DNA from: Candidatus Poribacteria bacterium | Lineage (GTDB): Bacteria > Poribacteria > WGA-4E > PCPOR2b | Direction: 5' to 3' | NCBI GenBank assembly: GCA_965215015.1 | Contig: OZ244042.1 | Span: 1,760,001 to 1,824,000, forward strand | Length of the DNA stretch: 64,000 nt | Shown here: in pieces, positions 60,239-64,000 of the stretch | How the letters are laid out: each line of letters opens with the position of its first letter | Numbering within the stretch: position 1 is the first letter of the stretch | The notes under the pieces: model-generated | Told to the model about the DNA's origin: nothing | What the model saw: the letters and a program-made list of their open reading frames with translations, nothing else | Databases searched by the model: none | Position numbers and translations under genes: made by a program

Positions 60239-60766
60239 TCACCTGCGTTTTTTGTCCATAATAATGTCGGACCACCCCTCAAGGTCATTAAAAGATTCCG
60301 TATGGGAGTGCGGCAATGATTCAGTAATTTTGTTGATTGAATCTGTATCCAACTGAATCATTGATTGGAGGAGCGGGCCTATTGCCCGTTCACGACTCTT
60401 GGCTGTTATCATAGGTAAGCCGTGATTCTGTGCAAAGTTACGAATATCTCCCAGGCGCGGCAGAACGGTTTTGGATAGAAGCGTATTATGGAACCGAGTT
60501 AGAGCTTGATGTTTTTCTGGGTCTTCAGACTTGATGCGCTCCAATTCCGATTTTATGGCATGGCGCGGTCGCCGTTGCCGCTTACCACCTTGCTCGAATC
60601 CAGCCGTCCGAGCTGCGAGCGAACTCTCTCTTAGAAAATTCTCCCATAATTGAATGGTTTCAGGTGAAGAAAGCAGATCCGCAAGCTCCTCAAACGGCTT
60701 TGTTCCGTACTTGTCGAATAACTTAGCCAGGTCTATCAATAGTTCTTTCTGTTGTCGTGTAATCAT
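60239..60766 (-). CDS. Hypothetical protein, possible partner of the ParA-family ATPase
   Basis: Clean 175-aa ORF ending DLEGWSDII; co-oriented downstream of parA. Confidence 0.65.
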   Translation of the reverse strand: MITRQQKELLIDLAKLFDKYGTKPFEELADLLSSPETIQLWENFLRESSLAARTAGFEQGGKRQRRPRHAIKSELERIKSEDPEKHQALTRFHNTLLSKTVLPRLGDIRNFAQNHGLPMITAKSRERAIGPLLQSMIQLDTDSINKITESLPHSHTESFNDLEGWSDIIMDKKRR

Positions 60767-60902
60767 AATCTGATTGAACCCCTAATCCTGAGAATCCTGA
60801 TGCACATTCATGTTCTTAACCGCTTGTTAGGCCTCTGGGCTTGCCCTAACAATCTTCCTCACAGGCGTTGAAGGTTGACAAATCCCATCTGTTTGACGCT
60901 GA

Positions 60903-61481
60903 TCATGATTCCCTCCGCTCATGTTGTGTTAAGTGATCAATGTGATTCTGGTTGAGTTGTCGGATGCTCGATTCTATGTCCGATAGGCGTTGGTTCGTTT
61001 CGGCTTGCATGTCAGACAAACGCTGATTGGTTTCGGTTCGGACTTCATCAATGCGCTTGTTCGTTTCGTCCAATCGCTGATTGGTTTCGGTTCGGACTTC
61101 ATCAATGCGCTTGTTCGTTTCGTCCAATCGCTGATTGGTTTCGGTTCGGCCTTCATCAACGCGCTTGTTCGTTTCGTCCAATCGCTGATTCATTATGCCG
61201 ATGACTTCAACGAACCGCTTGTCCATCCGGTCTTCGAGGCGTTCAAGGGCGTGAAAGAAGGTCTCGCCTTGCTCTTTGAGTGCAAGATTTATATCGTCGC
61301 CTTGCTCTTTGAGTGCAAGATTTATATCGTCGCCTTGCTTGTCAATTCTCTCGTCGGTTTTGTCCTGGTGTTTTTCCAGCCGTGAGGTGCGATAGAACAG
61401 GATGGCTACCTGTCCTATGAAACCGAGGATGATAAAAAGTACAAGGACGGTGTGTGAGGGGCTCCATTGTAAAAAATCCAT
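60903..61481 (-). CDS. Membrane-anchored coiled-coil repeat protein
   Basis: N-terminal TM segment; 3 x 54-bp repeats (61021-61182) and 2 x 33-bp repeats (61264-61329). Confidence 0.75.
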   Translation of the reverse strand: MDFLQWSPSHTVLVLFIILGFIGQVAILFYRTSRLEKHQDKTDERIDKQGDDINLALKEQGDDINLALKEQGETFFHALERLEDRMDKRFVEVIGIMNQRLDETNKRVDEGRTETNQRLDETNKRIDEVRTETNQRLDETNKRIDEVRTETNQRLSDMQAETNQRLSDIESSIRQLNQNHIDHLTQHERRES

Positions 61482-61499
61482 TTGTTGAGTTTCCTTTCT

Positions 61500-61718
61500 T
61501 TATCGCCCTTTTTTTGCGAATTTCCTGCCTGCCTCGAAGGCGAGTCCTCGCAGAAATTCCCTGTTGAATGCTTGATAGTCCGCATTTTTTCTCTCCAGTA
61601 GCCCGATTGCTTGCTTCTGACAACCGATAATTTTTGCGACTTCGGCTTGGGTCTTTCCTTTGAAGCGAAGTTGTGCAATTCGTTCCCAATCTTGGGGTGT
61701 GATTGTTTGCACTGGCAT
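61500..61718 (-). CDS. Small helix-turn-helix protein
   Basis: LRFKGKTQAEVAKIIGCQKQAIGLLE; AGGAG RBS. Confidence 0.7.
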   Translation of the reverse strand: MPVQTITPQDWERIAQLRFKGKTQAEVAKIIGCQKQAIGLLERKNADYQAFNREFLRGLAFEAGRKFAKKGR

Positions 61719-61871
61719 TGTAAAAATCTCCTTGGAGGGTAATGGGTTGGGGATTACGGGCGCGATGTTGACAAAGCTTATTTTGGCGTTTATACCACAA
61801 AGGATCTATCACATTCATGTTGTCTGAATCAGGATTTTCAGGATTAAAGGATTTTCAGGAGTCCTGACAAG

Positions 61872-62258
61872 CTCTATCTTGGAATTCACTAGCGAAGGCA
61901 CGGAATTCTTGTTTCTTGCACGATCTAGCGTAGGAAGTACCAGAGATTGGTTTGCCTTCACGTGCTCCCTTGGGGTATGAACGCGAGTAAGATATTTCGT
62001 TATCAAACAGGTACCAGTTACGCTTATTTGCTTCTTGGCGTACCATTTGCTTAGCTTTCTCCGCTTCTGGAATATACTCGTCAGATTGATTAAATACAAT
62101 CCCTGCAAGCTGGATCTGTCTATCTGGGTATTTGTCATTGAAGTGCTCCATTGATCGTGCCAAGAGTGGGAGACCAATAGTAGACAGAAATTCGGGTTTG
62201 ACTGGCACTAGCACATAATCGCTCGCTAGACACGCCGCGGTAGTGAACAATGACTCAG
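61872..62258 (-). pseudogene. Diverged tandem duplicate of the 3' ~390 bp of parA
   Basis: Near-identical to about 62270-62652; the junction shares TCAGT; no start codon of its own. Confidence 0.85.
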
Positions 62259-63085
62259 TATCCGATTCTATCTGCGAATTCACTAGCGAAGGCATCGAAT
62301 TCTTGTATCTTGTACGGTCTAGCGTAGGAAGTATCAGAGATTGATTTGCCTTCACGTGCTCCCTTGGGGTATGAACGCGAGTAAGATATTTCGTTATCAA
62401 ATAGGTACCAGTTACGCTTATTTGCTTCTTGACGTACCGTTTGCTTAGCTTTCTCCGCTTCTGGAATATACTCGTCAGATTGATTAAATACAATCCCTGC
62501 AAGCTGGATCTGTCTATCTGGGTATTTGTCATTGAAGTGCTCCATTGATCGTGCCAAGAGTGGGAGACCAATAGTAGACAGAAATTCGGGTTTGACTGGC
62601 ACTAGCACATAATCGCTCGCTAGATACGCTGCGGTAGTGAACAATGACTCAGTTGGGGGACAATCAAAGAGTATCAGGTCATAACTGTTTTCGACCTCGG
62701 AGATAAACTCCGCCAATAGATGCTCTTTTTGTGCTGGCTCGCGTAGGGTATGGGCCAATTCCAAACGTGAAGGAATCAAATCCACCCATGAATCTCCATA
62801 CTCGGCCCAGCAGCCTGTATAAACCCTGTGGATAACACCTGTATAAGCGATAACACTTAATGGGGCTTCACGCTCCTCGAATATATTTTGAACTGTCGGC
62901 GCATTTGCTTCGTGAATCCTTCTATACCTATACCTGCCAAGCATATATTGGCTTGCATTAAACTGAGGGTCAAGGTCAACTAACAGAACACGTGCTCCAT
63001 CACCCCAATTCCAAGCGAGATTCACGGCAAGCGTTGTTTTACCAACTCCGCCTTTCATATTAATTAGTGATACCTTTATCCCCAT
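62255..63085 (-). CDS. parA: ParA/Soj family ATPase
   Basis: Deviant Walker A KGGVGKTT, VDLDPQFNAS, YDLILFDCPP; no parB in the window. Confidence 0.88.
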   Translation of the reverse strand: MGIKVSLINMKGGVGKTTLAVNLAWNWGDGARVLLVDLDPQFNASQYMLGRYRYRRIHEANAPTVQNIFEEREAPLSVIAYTGVIHRVYTGCWAEYGDSWVDLIPSRLELAHTLREPAQKEHLLAEFISEVENSYDLILFDCPPTESLFTTAAYLASDYVLVPVKPEFLSTIGLPLLARSMEHFNDKYPDRQIQLAGIVFNQSDEYIPEAEKAKQTVRQEANKRNWYLFDNEISYSRSYPKGAREGKSISDTSYARPYKIQEFDAFASEFADRIGY

Positions 63086-63211
63086 CTATCTAATCTCCTA
63101 TCGCTCATGTTAAGAAAATGGTACAAAGAAACCGAGTTTTTGCCAAAAACTCGGTTTCTCTGATCTAGTCTGCACTTTCTTCTGACATGAGCCCCTACTG
63201 TCTCTTAATTT

Positions 63212-63868
63212 CTACATTGCAAAGTTTCCAACGAAAACGTTGTTTGTCTCCTCATCACAACTCCAAGTGACGGAGAGAATTTTGTCTTGATAGCAATAGG
63301 AGGTCGATTTACCGACGATAGGGGTATCAAGTTGCTCCAGCGGCTTGTACCAAATCTGGTGCGGCTGGGTGCAGTTTTGGCACGGGTAGCGCGAAACCGA
63401 TAGTGTTAGCACCTTTCCAACATGCAAATCATATTTCACATCTTTCTTCGTGAAAGTGATTGGCGCGCGCTCTGTGCTAACGACCTCGCCGAGGAGCTCG
63501 CCGCGTTTCGTGGTCATCAGATCGGTTAAGACAGAACGCTGTTCCAAAGTCGCTTTTTCGTCGAGATACAGGACGCTGCGGCGTGTGTCGCTATCAAGTG
63601 CAAGGTTATTCTTTGCTGTTACCACTGCGACCACAATCAATCCCTTCAACGAAACGCCCTTCCAGGTCCCTTGACGGATATTCCAAACGAGTGTCGCCTC
63701 TCTACCCCCTTCGACGTACTCAGCCCCATAATGGCATGCCCCGACATAAACACTGACAGATCGAGCTTCCAAATACTCGCCCTGCACAGTTTCGGGTTGC
63801 GTAGCCAACCCACCGGGGACGGTCAGTAAAAGCGCAATTGCCGTTAAGGTAAAAATCTTGGTTATCAT
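63212..63868 (-). CDS. Secreted DUF1326-like protein
   Basis: Signal peptide, GEYLEARSVSVYVGACHYGAE, YLDEKATLEQR. Confidence 0.6.
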   Translation of the reverse strand: MITKIFTLTAIALLLTVPGGLATQPETVQGEYLEARSVSVYVGACHYGAEYVEGGREATLVWNIRQGTWKGVSLKGLIVVAVVTAKNNLALDSDTRRSVLYLDEKATLEQRSVLTDLMTTKRGELLGEVVSTERAPITFTKKDVKYDLHVGKVLTLSVSRYPCQNCTQPHQIWYKPLEQLDTPIVGKSTSYCYQDKILSVTWSCDEETNNVFVGNFAM

Positions 63869-64000
63869 CTTTGGACTCCCTTCTAAATATCAAACGTGAA
63901 AGCTGCTATTTGCAGACACGTGTACAAGTTGCAAGGCAGTTTATCACACCCAAGTTATGACGTCAAGTGAAAAGAAAACCTCCGACATTTAAGAAACCTC

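Larger units (their letters stand above)
60803..61821. mobile_element. Two-gene cassette bounded by 12-bp direct repeats inside a REP-like palindrome
   Basis: CACATTCATGTT at 60803-60814 and 61810-61821; outer arms AATCCTGAGAATCCTGAT / ATCAGGATTTTCAGGATT. Confidence 0.6.

Noticed and set aside
61021-61329. CRISPR array
   Set aside because: The 54-bp and 33-bp units are contiguous, have no unique spacers and are in-frame coding repeats.
61815-62571. ORF-track proteins beginning MVSHSWHDQW
   Set aside because: Alternative-frame products of the parA duplication.
61872-62652. Diversity-generating retroelement template/variable repeat pair in parA
   Set aside because: The differences are not confined to adenines on either strand, and there is no reverse transcriptase in the window.

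Overview
A gene-dense bacterial chromosome segment. The host is probably Candidatus Poribacteria or a similar marine heterotroph; this is inferred from the many PhyH dioxygenases, Gfo/Idh/MocA oxidoreductases, ASPIC/UnbV proteins and TolB-like proteins ending in a '...SPQG...W.EIK' tail. Most genes are catabolic: a sugar-acid cluster (19.3-26.0 kb) and a long minus-strand run of oxidoreductases and hydrolases (44-60 kb). I found no rRNA, tRNA, CRISPR array, transposase, integrase or reverse transcriptase. The strongest unannotated signal is a complete ribosome-mediated attenuator: a promoter, a 41-aa leader peptide with 13 consecutive Leu/Tyr/Phe codons, an antiterminator and an intrinsic terminator. 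It precedes a mixed DAHP synthase + leuA operon, so one leader appears to sense the end products of two different amino acid pathways. Other notable signals are: a protein-less IS200/IS605 element with a structured, omegaRNA-like interior abutting the RBS of a methionine synthase-like gene; a mosaic tandem triplication of a secreted-protein/TolB-like cassette; a 1-kb two-gene cassette inserted with 12-bp direct repeats into the loop of a REP-like palindrome; and several nested MITE/REP families, one of which appears to supply a signal peptide. All calls were made by eye from motifs; no database searches were run.
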